From assembly GCA_965215615.1 (NCBI GenBank), contig OZ244068.1:1648223-1712222 (forward strand): DNA of 64,000 nucleotides. Direction: 5' to 3'. The notes beneath the pieces are model-generated. The model worked only from the letters and a program-made list of their open reading frames with translations. It was not told where the DNA came from and ran no database searches. A program made the position numbers and the translations under genes. How positions within the stretch are numbered: the stretch's first letter is position 1; each line of letters begins with the position of its first letter. The DNA comes from Vicinamibacteria bacterium. GTDB taxonomy: Bacteria > Acidobacteriota > Vicinamibacteria > Marinacidobacterales > Marinacidobacteraceae. This document shows, in pieces, positions 18,751-26,853 of the stretch.

Positions 18751-19467
18751 GTGAGCAGGCAGGCGGAGGATCGCCCCCGGCGGGTTCTGCTCAAGATGAG
18801 CGGGCAGGCTCTCGGAGGAGAGGAAGCCGGCGTTTCGGTGGAAGCGGTGGAGGCGATGGCCCGGCGGATCGCCGCGGTGCGCGCAAGCGGGATCGAGGCC
18901 GCCTGCGTGATCGGCGGCGGCAACATCTTCCGTGGACTGTCTCCCCGAACACGCGGGATGGATCGGGTCACCGCCGATTCCATGGGGATGCTCGCGACCC
19001 TGATCAACGCCCTCGCCCTCCAGGAGAGGCTCGAACTCCTCGGGTGCGATACGCGCCTGATGTCGGCCATCACCGTGCGACAGGTCGCCGAACCCTTCAT
19101 CCTGCGGCGCGCCCTGCGCCACCTCGAAAAGGGACGCATCGTTCTGTTCGCCGCCGGGACCGGCAGCCCGTACTTCTCCACCGACACCGCCGCCGCCCTC
19201 CGTGCCGCGGAAATCCGCGCTTCGGTTCTCATCAAGGCGACCCGGGTGCGGGGGGTGTTCACGAGCGACCCGGAAAAGGATGACGATGCCCGCCAGATCC
19301 GGCAGATCAGTCACCTCGAAGCCATCCGGCAAAAGCTCCGCTTCATGGATACCACCGCGATTTCTCTCTGCATGGAGAACGACATGCCCATCGTGATCTG
19401 CCATCAGGACGATCTCGAGCGCGCTGCGGCGGGGGAAGAAGTGGGGACCCGGGTCGGGAACCCATAG
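18751..19467 (+). CDS. pyrH: UMP kinase
   Basis: 'RVLLKMSGQALGGE' amino-acid kinase fold, PyrH length. Confidence 0.9.
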   Translation: MSRQAEDRPRRVLLKMSGQALGGEEAGVSVEAVEAMARRIAAVRASGIEAACVIGGGNIFRGLSPRTRGMDRVTADSMGMLATLINALALQERLELLGCDTRLMSAITVRQVAEPFILRRALRHLEKGRIVLFAAGTGSPYFSTDTAAALRAAEIRASVLIKATRVRGVFTSDPEKDDDARQIRQISHLEAIRQKLRFMDTTAISLCMENDMPIVICHQDDLERAAAGEEVGTRVGNP

Positions 19468-19478
19468 ACTTTCCGGAC

Positions 19479-20036
19479 ATGAACCACGAAGTCCTCGACG
19501 ACGTATCCCGTCGCATGTCCCGGACGGTCGAGAATCTGGAGAACGAGCTCGCGAGCATCCGGACCGGACGCGCCTCGGTGACGCTCCTCGACCCGGTTCG
19601 GGTGGAGTACTACGGCCAGATGGTTCCGTTGAATCAGGTGGCCACGCTCAAGACCCCGGATGCGCAGACCCTCACCGTGCAGCCGTGGGAACGCCAGATG
19701 CTCGGCCCGGTGGATCGCGCCATCCGCGCCGCCAACCTGGATCTGAACCCGGGTTCGGACGGCGAAATGCTCCGGATTCCCATCCCGCCGCTGAGCCAGG
19801 AGCGCCGCAAGCAGCTCTCGCGGAGCATCACCCGGATGGCCGAGGAGCACCGGAACGCGCTGCGCCAGATCCGTCGCGACGCGAACCAGAAGATCAAGAA
19901 ACTCGCGAAATCAGGCGAACTCTCCGAGGATCTCGGGCACGATCTCGAAGCGGAAGTTCAGAAATGCACCGACCGCCACGGCAAGCAGCTCTCCGAGCTC
20001 GCTACCAAAAAGACGGAGAGCATCCTCACGATCTGA
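19479..20036 (+). CDS. frr: ribosome recycling factor
   Basis: 185-aa protein with 'LASIRTGRA' and 'IRRDANQKIKKL' motifs. Confidence 0.9.
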   Translation: MNHEVLDDVSRRMSRTVENLENELASIRTGRASVTLLDPVRVEYYGQMVPLNQVATLKTPDAQTLTVQPWERQMLGPVDRAIRAANLDLNPGSDGEMLRIPIPPLSQERRKQLSRSITRMAEEHRNALRQIRRDANQKIKKLAKSGELSEDLGHDLEAEVQKCTDRHGKQLSELATKKTESILTI

Positions 20037-21368
20037 TCAGAACCCGGCAGCTTCCCGGAACGACTCCTTCCGGTCGAGGCGACGCAGGGTTTCGAGCATG
20101 ACCCGGGCACCTTGCGCCACCTGGCCGGCCTCGGTGAACTCGAGCGGGGAATGGCTGATCCCGTCGCGGCTCGGAACGAAGATCATCCCGATCGGCGCGA
20201 ACGCCGCGATGGACTGGGCATCGTGGCCCGCCCCGGAGGGCATCCGCCGCTGCGGATAGCCGAGATCCCGGGCCGATGCGGAAAGCAGCTCGAGGATCCC
20301 GGGATCGCAGGGAGCCGCCCGGCTCAGGTAGTACGGCTCGAAGTGGATGCTCGTGCCGTTCCTCTCCGCGATCCGGGCGCCGAGCTCCCGGTACCGGTCG
20401 TACATCTGCTGGATGACTTCCATGCTCAGATCGCGGATTTCGAGCGTCAGTTCGACTTCGCCGGGAATCACGTTGGCCGCCCCCGGATGCGCCTCCAGCC
20501 AGCCGACTGTGGCCACCTGGTGGCCCTCCCGGGCGAGCGTCTCGTCGTGGACCGCGGCGATGAAGCGGCCCGCCGTGACCATCGGATCCCTCCGCCGGGC
20601 CATCGCGGTGGTTCCGGCGTGGTTCGCGAAGCCGCGGATCGTCACCAGGAACCGCCGGATGCCGACGATGCCCTCCACGATCCCGATCGGGATACCCGAT
20701 TCGTGGAGGGTCGGGCTCTGCTCGATGTGGAGCTCGAGGAAAGCGTGATAGGCGCCCTGCGGGAGCGCCGCCTCGGTGATGCGCCCGGGGTCGCCTCCGA
20801 CGCGGGCGAGCGCCTCTCCGAGGGAGAAGCCTCCATACACTTCCCGGTCCATTTCTTCCGCGGACACTTCGCCGGCGAGCGCCCGGCTCCCGGTCTTGCC
20901 GTTCTCCTCGTTGAAGAAGACCACGACCTCGAAGGGGTGGCGCAGGCCGGAGCTTTCCCGAAGCGCCCGGGCGCACTCGAGAGCGGCCACCGATCCGGCC
21001 ACCCCGTCGAAGTTGCCGCCGTCCGGAACCGAATCGAGGTGCGAACCGGCGACCAGCGGCCGGAGCCCCGGCACCGAGCCCGGAATCGAGCCGATGAGAT
21101 TCCCGGCGAGATCCACCCGAACCGCCATGCCGGCCTCCTGCATCCAGGAGGCGAAGAGTTCCCGGGAGGCCCGATCCGCATCGCTCCCCGCGGTGCGGGA
21201 AACGCCGCCTTCCGGGGTCGCTCCGTGGCGGGCGAGCGCCTCGATCGCCGCCGCGACGCGGGACTCCGGAATGAGTTCCTGGATGGATCCCGCTTCCGCC
21301 GCCCGCATCATCACCCCTGCCCCGGCCGCGGCTCCGAGCCATTCCCTGCGCGTCAGTCCGGATTCCAT
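20037..21368 (-). CDS. M20-family Zn-dependent amidohydrolase (allantoate amidohydrolase / N-carbamoyl-L-amino-acid hydrolase family), Tat-exported
   Basis: Tat motif 'TRREWLGAAAGAG'; M20 metal-binding and dimerisation-domain similarity across 443 aa. Confidence 0.75.
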   Translation of the reverse strand: MESGLTRREWLGAAAGAGVMMRAAEAGSIQELIPESRVAAAIEALARHGATPEGGVSRTAGSDADRASRELFASWMQEAGMAVRVDLAGNLIGSIPGSVPGLRPLVAGSHLDSVPDGGNFDGVAGSVAALECARALRESSGLRHPFEVVVFFNEENGKTGSRALAGEVSAEEMDREVYGGFSLGEALARVGGDPGRITEAALPQGAYHAFLELHIEQSPTLHESGIPIGIVEGIVGIRRFLVTIRGFANHAGTTAMARRRDPMVTAGRFIAAVHDETLAREGHQVATVGWLEAHPGAANVIPGEVELTLEIRDLSMEVIQQMYDRYRELGARIAERNGTSIHFEPYYLSRAAPCDPGILELLSASARDLGYPQRRMPSGAGHDAQSIAAFAPIGMIFVPSRDGISHSPLEFTEAGQVAQGARVMLETLRRLDRKESFREAAGF

Positions 21369-21418
21369 CGGAGTCAGTCTATGCGGTGCCGAGCAATGGC
21401 GCGAGCCGGAGAATTCCC

Positions 21419-21605
21419 TTAACAGGCTGTGGATAAACTGGCGTGAGCACCGAGACGGGTGAGGCGCCCGGCTGACAAGGCGCGTGAATGAGCAATAGCA
21501 GCGCTATTTCGAGCGAATCGCAACGAAGAGCGAGCCTCCAGGCGAGCGTTCAGACGGGATGCATCGCTCGTCGAATGCCGCGTTAGTTTTTCCACAGCCT
21601 GTTAA
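21419..21605. repeat. 187-bp element bounded by 20-bp terminal inverted repeats (ttaacaggctgtggataaac ... gtttttccacagcctgttaa); MITE-like or large regulatory palindrome
   Basis: Arms at 21419-21438 and 21586-21605 match 19/20 as reverse complements; each arm carries a TTAA tetranucleotide at its outer edge; lies in the divergent intergenic region. Confidence 0.5.
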
Positions 21606-21640
21606 CCTAGTCAGGTATCAACCCCTTGGAGGCGTTTTTC

Positions 21641-23236
21641 ATGAACAGGTTCCTCGTTCCCCTCGTCGGGATCCTCGCCTTCGCCGCGTCGTCGTTCGGC
21701 CAGTCCCGACTCGGCACCGTGCATTTCCCGAACTCCGGCGCCGAAGAAGCGCAGGAGGCTTTCCAGCGCGGCATCGCCGCTCTCCACAGCTTCTGGTACG
21801 AAGAAGCCGCCGAGGCTTTCCGGAACGCCCAGGAGATCGATCCCGACTTCGCGCTCGCCTACTGGGGCGAGGCCCTGAGTCACAACCATCCGCTCTGGTC
21901 GGAGCAGGACATCAGCGCGGCGCGCGAGGTGCTGCGGCGCTTCGGCGACACCCGCGCCGAAAGGCTCCGGAAGACTCCCACCGAACGCGAGCGGATGTAC
22001 ATGGAAACGGTCGAGGTTCTCTACGGCGCGGGGGACAAGTACGAGCGGGATGAGCTCTACCACGAAGCGCTCGCCCGTCTGGTGGATGCCCATCCGGAGG
22101 ACAACGAAGCACAGGCCTTCAAAGCGCTCTCGTACCTGGGCCTCGTCCGGCGGGGCGAGCCGGGGTTCCACCGCCAGATGAGGGCGGGGGCCATCGCTAC
22201 CCGGCTCTTTCAGGAAGAGCCGAATCATCCGGGAGCGGCGCACTACGTGATCCACTCGTTCGATGATCCGGAACACGCTCCGCTGGCTCTCGATGCCGCG
22301 AACCGCTACGCCGAGATCGCTCCCGAAGCCCACCACGCCCAGCACATGCCGTCCCACATCTTCTTGCAGCACGGCATGTGGAACCGGGTCTCCCGCTCCA
22401 ACCAGGTGGCCTACGACGCCTCGGTGAAATGGGTGAAGGAGAAGAACCTCTCGATCACCAAGCACGACTTCCACAGCCTCGAGTGGAAGGCTTACGCCGA
22501 TCTCCAGCGCGGCCAGTACCAGGCCTCCGCGGAGGCCATCCGCGAAGTCGAGGAGTCCGCCGACACCACCGACGAGCTCCGCCTTCGCCGCCTCGCCGCC
22601 TCGATGGCGGCCCGGCACGCCATCGAGACCGGCCGCTTCGACGAGATCCGGATGCCGGGAGAGGAAGTGGACACCAGCCGGTACAACTCGACGGCGAACG
22701 TGCTGCTCGCGGTGGGAATGAAGGCATTTGCGATGGCGGATGCCGACCTGGCCGACGGGGCGGCGATGCGGCTCCGGAAGCTCGCCGAAGCGCGCGATGC
22801 GGAGGGCGAGAGCTACCAGGCCGACTCGGTGCGCATCATGCAGCACGGGATCGAAGCGCTGGCCGCCAGCGTGCGCGGGGATACCGAAGCGGCGCTCGAA
22901 CACGCGAGGATGGCCACCGACATCGAAGAGACGCAGGATCCGCCTTCCGGTCCGACCTACCCGATGAAGCCGTCCCACGAGCTGCGGGGTGAGCTGCTGC
23001 TCGCCGCCGGACAGTACGAAGAAGCGATCACCGTCCTCGAAGAGGGGCTTTCCCGCACGCCGAACCGATCCCTTTCGCTGCTGGCGCTCGCCCGCGCCCG
23101 GGCCGGGTTCGGCGATACCACGGGCGCGAACGCCGCCTACGCCACCCTCCAGACCTTCCTGAACGAAGCGGACAGCGATGTTCCCTTCCTCGACGAGGTC
23201 CGGCGCCACGCGGCACCGATGACCGACCAGCAGTAG
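21641..23236 (+). CDS. secreted TPR-like repeat protein (hypothetical)
   Basis: GGAGG 9 nt upstream of the ATG at 21641; signal peptide MNRFLVPLVGILAFAASSFG; helical repeat-rich 531-aa protein. Confidence 0.6.
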   Translation: MNRFLVPLVGILAFAASSFGQSRLGTVHFPNSGAEEAQEAFQRGIAALHSFWYEEAAEAFRNAQEIDPDFALAYWGEALSHNHPLWSEQDISAAREVLRRFGDTRAERLRKTPTERERMYMETVEVLYGAGDKYERDELYHEALARLVDAHPEDNEAQAFKALSYLGLVRRGEPGFHRQMRAGAIATRLFQEEPNHPGAAHYVIHSFDDPEHAPLALDAANRYAEIAPEAHHAQHMPSHIFLQHGMWNRVSRSNQVAYDASVKWVKEKNLSITKHDFHSLEWKAYADLQRGQYQASAEAIREVEESADTTDELRLRRLAASMAARHAIETGRFDEIRMPGEEVDTSRYNSTANVLLAVGMKAFAMADADLADGAAMRLRKLAEARDAEGESYQADSVRIMQHGIEALAASVRGDTEAALEHARMATDIEETQDPPSGPTYPMKPSHELRGELLLAAGQYEEAITVLEEGLSRTPNRSLSLLALARARAGFGDTTGANAAYATLQTFLNEADSDVPFLDEVRRHAAPMTDQQ

Positions 23237-23291
23237 CCGCCGGATCGGGCTTCCCTCCCTCCACCCTCACCGGGCTGGAGGGAGCGCGAGG

Positions 23292-24395
23292 TCACTCGAA
23301 GGACGGCGCGATATCCACGAAAGCTCCCGGATGGGAGAGCCGGATCTCGAATCCGGGGCCGAGTCGGATCGGCTCGCGGAACGCGTATTTCTCGACCCAG
23401 TCAGAATCCTCACGACGGATCCGCAGGAGGGGGGTCGTCGTTCCGTCCGGGCTCGCGAGTTCCGCGGAAAAGGCCGAACCCGGCGGCGGCATCAGCGCGA
23501 GAAGCACACCGGGGCCGGGGCGGAGAACCGGGCCGTCCGCGGGAAGCACCGTGATCGGAGCGTCGGCATCTTCGGGAGCCGGAAGGAGAACCACTTCCGG
23601 ACGATCCTCGAAGCCGGTTCCTTCGGTCTCGAAGCCCTTGCGATACTCGAGCAGCAGGAAGAGCCGCTCCTCCCGCCCCAGCGGGTCGAAGGTTCCGGCA
23701 GGGCGACGACGGACCTCCTGCCCCACGACCCAGGTGTAGAGCGGCTCACCCTCGCAGCCCGACCGATAGAGCCCCGACCGGTAGAGCCCCGACCGGTAAA
23801 GCACTGCCCGACGGAGCACCGGAGCCGCTTCGCCGGGCCGCAACTCGAAACCACCGGCTCCCGAAAGCGGCTCCCTCCCGTCGAGAACCAGCGGAACGCA
23901 GGTGGAAAGCTCCGAGAGCTCTTCGGAGATTTCGATCGGCGCAGCGGGCCGGGCCCGAACGGACCCCGGAATCATGCCGTCTGAAGGAGTTTCCGGTTGC
24001 TCCGGACCGGACTCCGGACGGGACTCCGGACGGGGCCCCTCGGGGGCGAGGCCGATCGCCCAATCCACCAGCATGTCGGTCTCCCGGTCGTCGAGCGTCC
24101 GGGCGTGGGCGAAAGCACCGATCCCGTCTTCGGGAAGCCACGGCGGCATCCGACGATGGAGCACCTGCCGGGCGATGGAGTTGGACCAGGACACCGCCTC
24201 CGCGTACCGCATCAGGTTCACCGGGGCCGGGCCGACTCCCGAATGACAGGACGCGCAGTGCTTTTGGAGAAGAGGGCGAATCTCTTCGTAGTAGGTGTAG
24301 CGGGAGAGTTCGGGTTCGTGCGCCCGCGCCTCGGGCGGGTTCCTTGCAGGGAACACGCAAAACAGCCCAGCCGCCAAAAGAAGGAGGAGCCTCAC
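23292..24395 (-). CDS. secreted protein with a c-type cytochrome-like CxxCH motif (hypothetical)
   Basis: Signal peptide; 'CASCHSG' heme-binding-type motif; contains 3x tandem 'LYRSG' encoded by three 15-bp repeats. Confidence 0.55.
   Translation of the reverse strand: MRLLLLLAAGLFCVFPARNPPEARAHEPELSRYTYYEEIRPLLQKHCASCHSGVGPAPVNLMRYAEAVSWSNSIARQVLHRRMPPWLPEDGIGAFAHARTLDDRETDMLVDWAIGLAPEGPRPESRPESGPEQPETPSDGMIPGSVRARPAAPIEISEELSELSTCVPLVLDGREPLSGAGGFELRPGEAAPVLRRAVLYRSGLYRSGLYRSGCEGEPLYTWVVGQEVRRRPAGTFDPLGREERLFLLLEYRKGFETEGTGFEDRPEVVLLPAPEDADAPITVLPADGPVLRPGPGVLLALMPPPGSAFSAELASPDGTTTPLLRIRREDSDWVEKYAFREPIRLGPGFEIRLSHPGAFVDIAPSFE
23758..23802. repeat. three tandem 15-bp repeats (cccgaccgRtaRagc) inside the CxxCH protein gene
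   Basis: Direct reading: units at 23758-23772, 23773-23787 and 23788-23802; they encode LYRSGLYRSGLYRSG on the minus strand. Confidence 0.85.
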
Positions 24396-25465
24396 CGATC
24401 TCCTCCCGGCAACCCCTGCATCCCCTCGGCAAAGATTTCATAGGCTTCGAGCACGCGCACCCGGTCGCCTTCGTCCCCGTAGAGATCGAGAAGCCAGGCG
24501 CCGCGGATGAGAGTCTTGAGCGCCGGCCACGGACGACCCGGAACCTGTTCGCCCCAGGCGAGCGCGAGCGATTTGGCTTCGAGCGCCGGGATGAAGAGAT
24601 CGGCCCAGCGGCCATCCGCGATCAATCGCTGGACGCGGACATCACGCTTGCGGATCTCCGCCAGAATCTCGTCGGCGCTCCCCGGAATCCGGAGCTCGGG
24701 AAGCGCGGAGGGGGGCACTTCCCGGCCCAGTTCGGCGAGCTCCGCCTCCGAGAGGAACACGAAGTCGAAGCGGTCGGAGGCATCGCGGCCGGGGAAGGTC
24801 ACGAACGCCGTGAAGGAGGAGCGCTCGGACCGGTCCCGGCCGACCTCTGCCCCGAGAAAGCCATCCGCCTCGGGAGCGGCATCGAGCGGGGCCGGCTCGC
24901 CGAGCGGGGCACCCATCCCGTCCGCTTCCACCACCTCGGCGGCGAAGAGCCGCGGATCGATCGGGCGAGTGAAGCTGTCGTAGAAATAGAGGCGGAACTG
25001 GCCGTCCTCGAGAGTTCCCTCCAGGTGATGCACTCCGTCCGGCGCCATGAACAGGACACCGCCGTGACGCGGGTTGTGGTCGCCATGTTCGGCAACCCGG
25101 GTCTCCATCGCCGCCGGAGATCCGTCGGAACAGACACCGGGTTCGACCTGCTCCTCGGCGGAGTCGCCGGAGCAGATCCAGACGACCTCGCGGGTGGTGG
25201 GAACGAGAGGCTCCCCGGTTTTCGGACAGGGGCCCGGCTCTTCGGCGACGAACCCTTCTTCCTCCCCGAGACAGACGTAGCGGGTGACGAGCGTCCGCCT
25301 CACGAGCGCCATGCCGCAAACCGGACAGTCGCCCTCGGCGTGGGACTGGTGGTCGCGGTGCATCGGGCAGAGCCAGACCGTGTATGCATCCGTCAGATTC
25401 TGGGCGGCCGCGGGGAGAGCGACGGAAAAAAGCGCGAGAAGAATCACGCCGATCCGGAGCTTCAT
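24392..25465 (-). CDS. secreted protein with N-terminal heavy-metal-binding domain (CPMH...CPVCGM)
   Basis: Signal peptide; 'WLCPMHRDHQSHAEGDCPVCGMAL' HMBD-type motif plus further Cys/His clusters; 4-nt overlap with the downstream CxxCH gene. Confidence 0.55.
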   Translation of the reverse strand: MKLRIGVILLALFSVALPAAAQNLTDAYTVWLCPMHRDHQSHAEGDCPVCGMALVRRTLVTRYVCLGEEEGFVAEEPGPCPKTGEPLVPTTREVVWICSGDSAEEQVEPGVCSDGSPAAMETRVAEHGDHNPRHGGVLFMAPDGVHHLEGTLEDGQFRLYFYDSFTRPIDPRLFAAEVVEADGMGAPLGEPAPLDAAPEADGFLGAEVGRDRSERSSFTAFVTFPGRDASDRFDFVFLSEAELAELGREVPPSALPELRIPGSADEILAEIRKRDVRVQRLIADGRWADLFIPALEAKSLALAWGEQVPGRPWPALKTLIRGAWLLDLYGDEGDRVRVLEAYEIFAEGMQGLPGGDR

Positions 25466-25476
25466 TCAGGCAGAGT

Positions 25477-25962
25477 CTAAGAGAGGCCGTCCCGCTCGGT
25501 GAGGTTCACCACCGTGGCATCCGTGGCGCGCACCAGGTCCCCGGGGGTCATCAGGATCTCCTCTCCCCAGACCCCGGCACCCACCCCGAGGAGCGGCTCC
25601 CGCATCAGCGCGAGGTCGAGGAAGGTGCGCGTGCCGGGCGACTGCCAACTGAACGGAGGGATCGAACCGACCGCGTAGCCGGTGCATGCCAGAACCTCTT
25701 CGGGGGGTGCGAGCCGGATGTTCCGGTTCCCCATGGCGCGCTTCAACCGGCCGGAAATCACGCTGCGGTCTCCTCCGACCCCGATGAGCGCGAGTTCCCC
25801 CACCCCCGACCGGAAGATCAGGGTCTTGACCATCTGGCTTTCGCGGAACCCGAGCGCACGGGCCACCGAAGCTGCGCCTTTCGGCGTGTCCTCGGGGAAG
25901 ACCCGCCTCTCCCACGGGATGCCCCGCTCGTCGAGAAAGCGGTGCGGCGGAAGCGGGGTCAC
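25477..25962 (-). CDS. ybaK: YbaK/ProX-type aminoacyl-tRNA deacylase domain protein
   Basis: 161 aa with 'MVKTLIF...', 'GYAVGSIPPF' motifs of the YbaK deacylase fold. Confidence 0.75.
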   Translation of the reverse strand: MTPLPPHRFLDERGIPWERRVFPEDTPKGAASVARALGFRESQMVKTLIFRSGVGELALIGVGGDRSVISGRLKRAMGNRNIRLAPPEEVLACTGYAVGSIPPFSWQSPGTRTFLDLALMREPLLGVGAGVWGEEILMTPGDLVRATDATVVNLTERDGLS

Positions 25963-26783
25963 CCGCGCGACTCCCGGGCCATTTGCCGCCCCACCCGGGC
26001 CCCGATCTTCCGCAGCGCGAAGCGCGGCACGAGGCGCGAAACCACCGGAACCAGCCGGGGAAGAAGGCCGGGGTGGATCGTCGCCTTGCCTTTCAGCGCT
26101 CCCCGGTACCCGGCGCGGGCCACCGAGACCGGATCGGCAAGCGCCAGTCGGCGAACCCCCGCGAGCCTCCGGATCCCCGCGGCCCCCAGAAAGGGAGTGT
26201 CCACCGGCCCCGGACAGAGCACGCTCACCGTCACCCCGGTTCCGCGCACCTCTTCGGCGAGCCCCTCGGAGAGGTGCTGCACGAAGGCCTTGGTCGCGGC
26301 ATAGACGGTGAATCCGAGGCCGGGAACGAACGCGGCGGCAGATCCCACGTTCAGGATCCGGCCCCTGCCCCGGCGCAGCATGTCAGGCAAACAGCGACGA
26401 CAGAGCTCGGCGACCGCCGAGACGTTCAGCCCGATCATCGCCTGCTGCCTTTCCGTTTCGACTTCCGGGAACCCGGCGCTGATCCCGAAACCGGCGTTGT
26501 TGACGAGGAAATCCACTTCGAGGTTTCGCCGGGCGATTTCTTCCACGAGTTCCGCCGAAGCCCCCGGGATGCCGAGATCCATCGGGACCGCCCACGCCTC
26601 GATCCCGTATTCGCGGGACAACTCGTTCGCCACCGCTTGGAGCCGGTCCGCACGACGGCTGACGAGGACCAGATCGCGCCCGTCCCTGGCCGCGATCCCG
26701 GCGATCTCCTTGCCGATCCCGGTAGATGCGCCGGTGACGAGCGTGACGAAGCGCGGCTCCCCACTCTCTGCTCCCGTTCGCAT
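25959..26783 (-). CDS. SDR-family oxidoreductase
   Basis: 'VTGASTGIGKEIA' Rossmann motif and 'YAATKAF' catalytic YxxxK. Confidence 0.85.
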   Translation of the reverse strand: MRTGAESGEPRFVTLVTGASTGIGKEIAGIAARDGRDLVLVSRRADRLQAVANELSREYGIEAWAVPMDLGIPGASAELVEEIARRNLEVDFLVNNAGFGISAGFPEVETERQQAMIGLNVSAVAELCRRCLPDMLRRGRGRILNVGSAAAFVPGLGFTVYAATKAFVQHLSEGLAEEVRGTGVTVSVLCPGPVDTPFLGAAGIRRLAGVRRLALADPVSVARAGYRGALKGKATIHPGLLPRLVPVVSRLVPRFALRKIGARVGRQMARESRG

Positions 26784-26853
26784 CTCCTGCCCATTCTACG
26801 GTCCGCCCGACTCTCCTCTCTTCCGCCGTGCGAAAGAATCCACCCTCCGCCCG

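Noticed and set aside
26308-26853. 546-nt 5' extension of the ppk ORF
   Set aside because: PPK1 homology starts at MSNPPLREE (26854); the extension lies antisense to the SDR gene.
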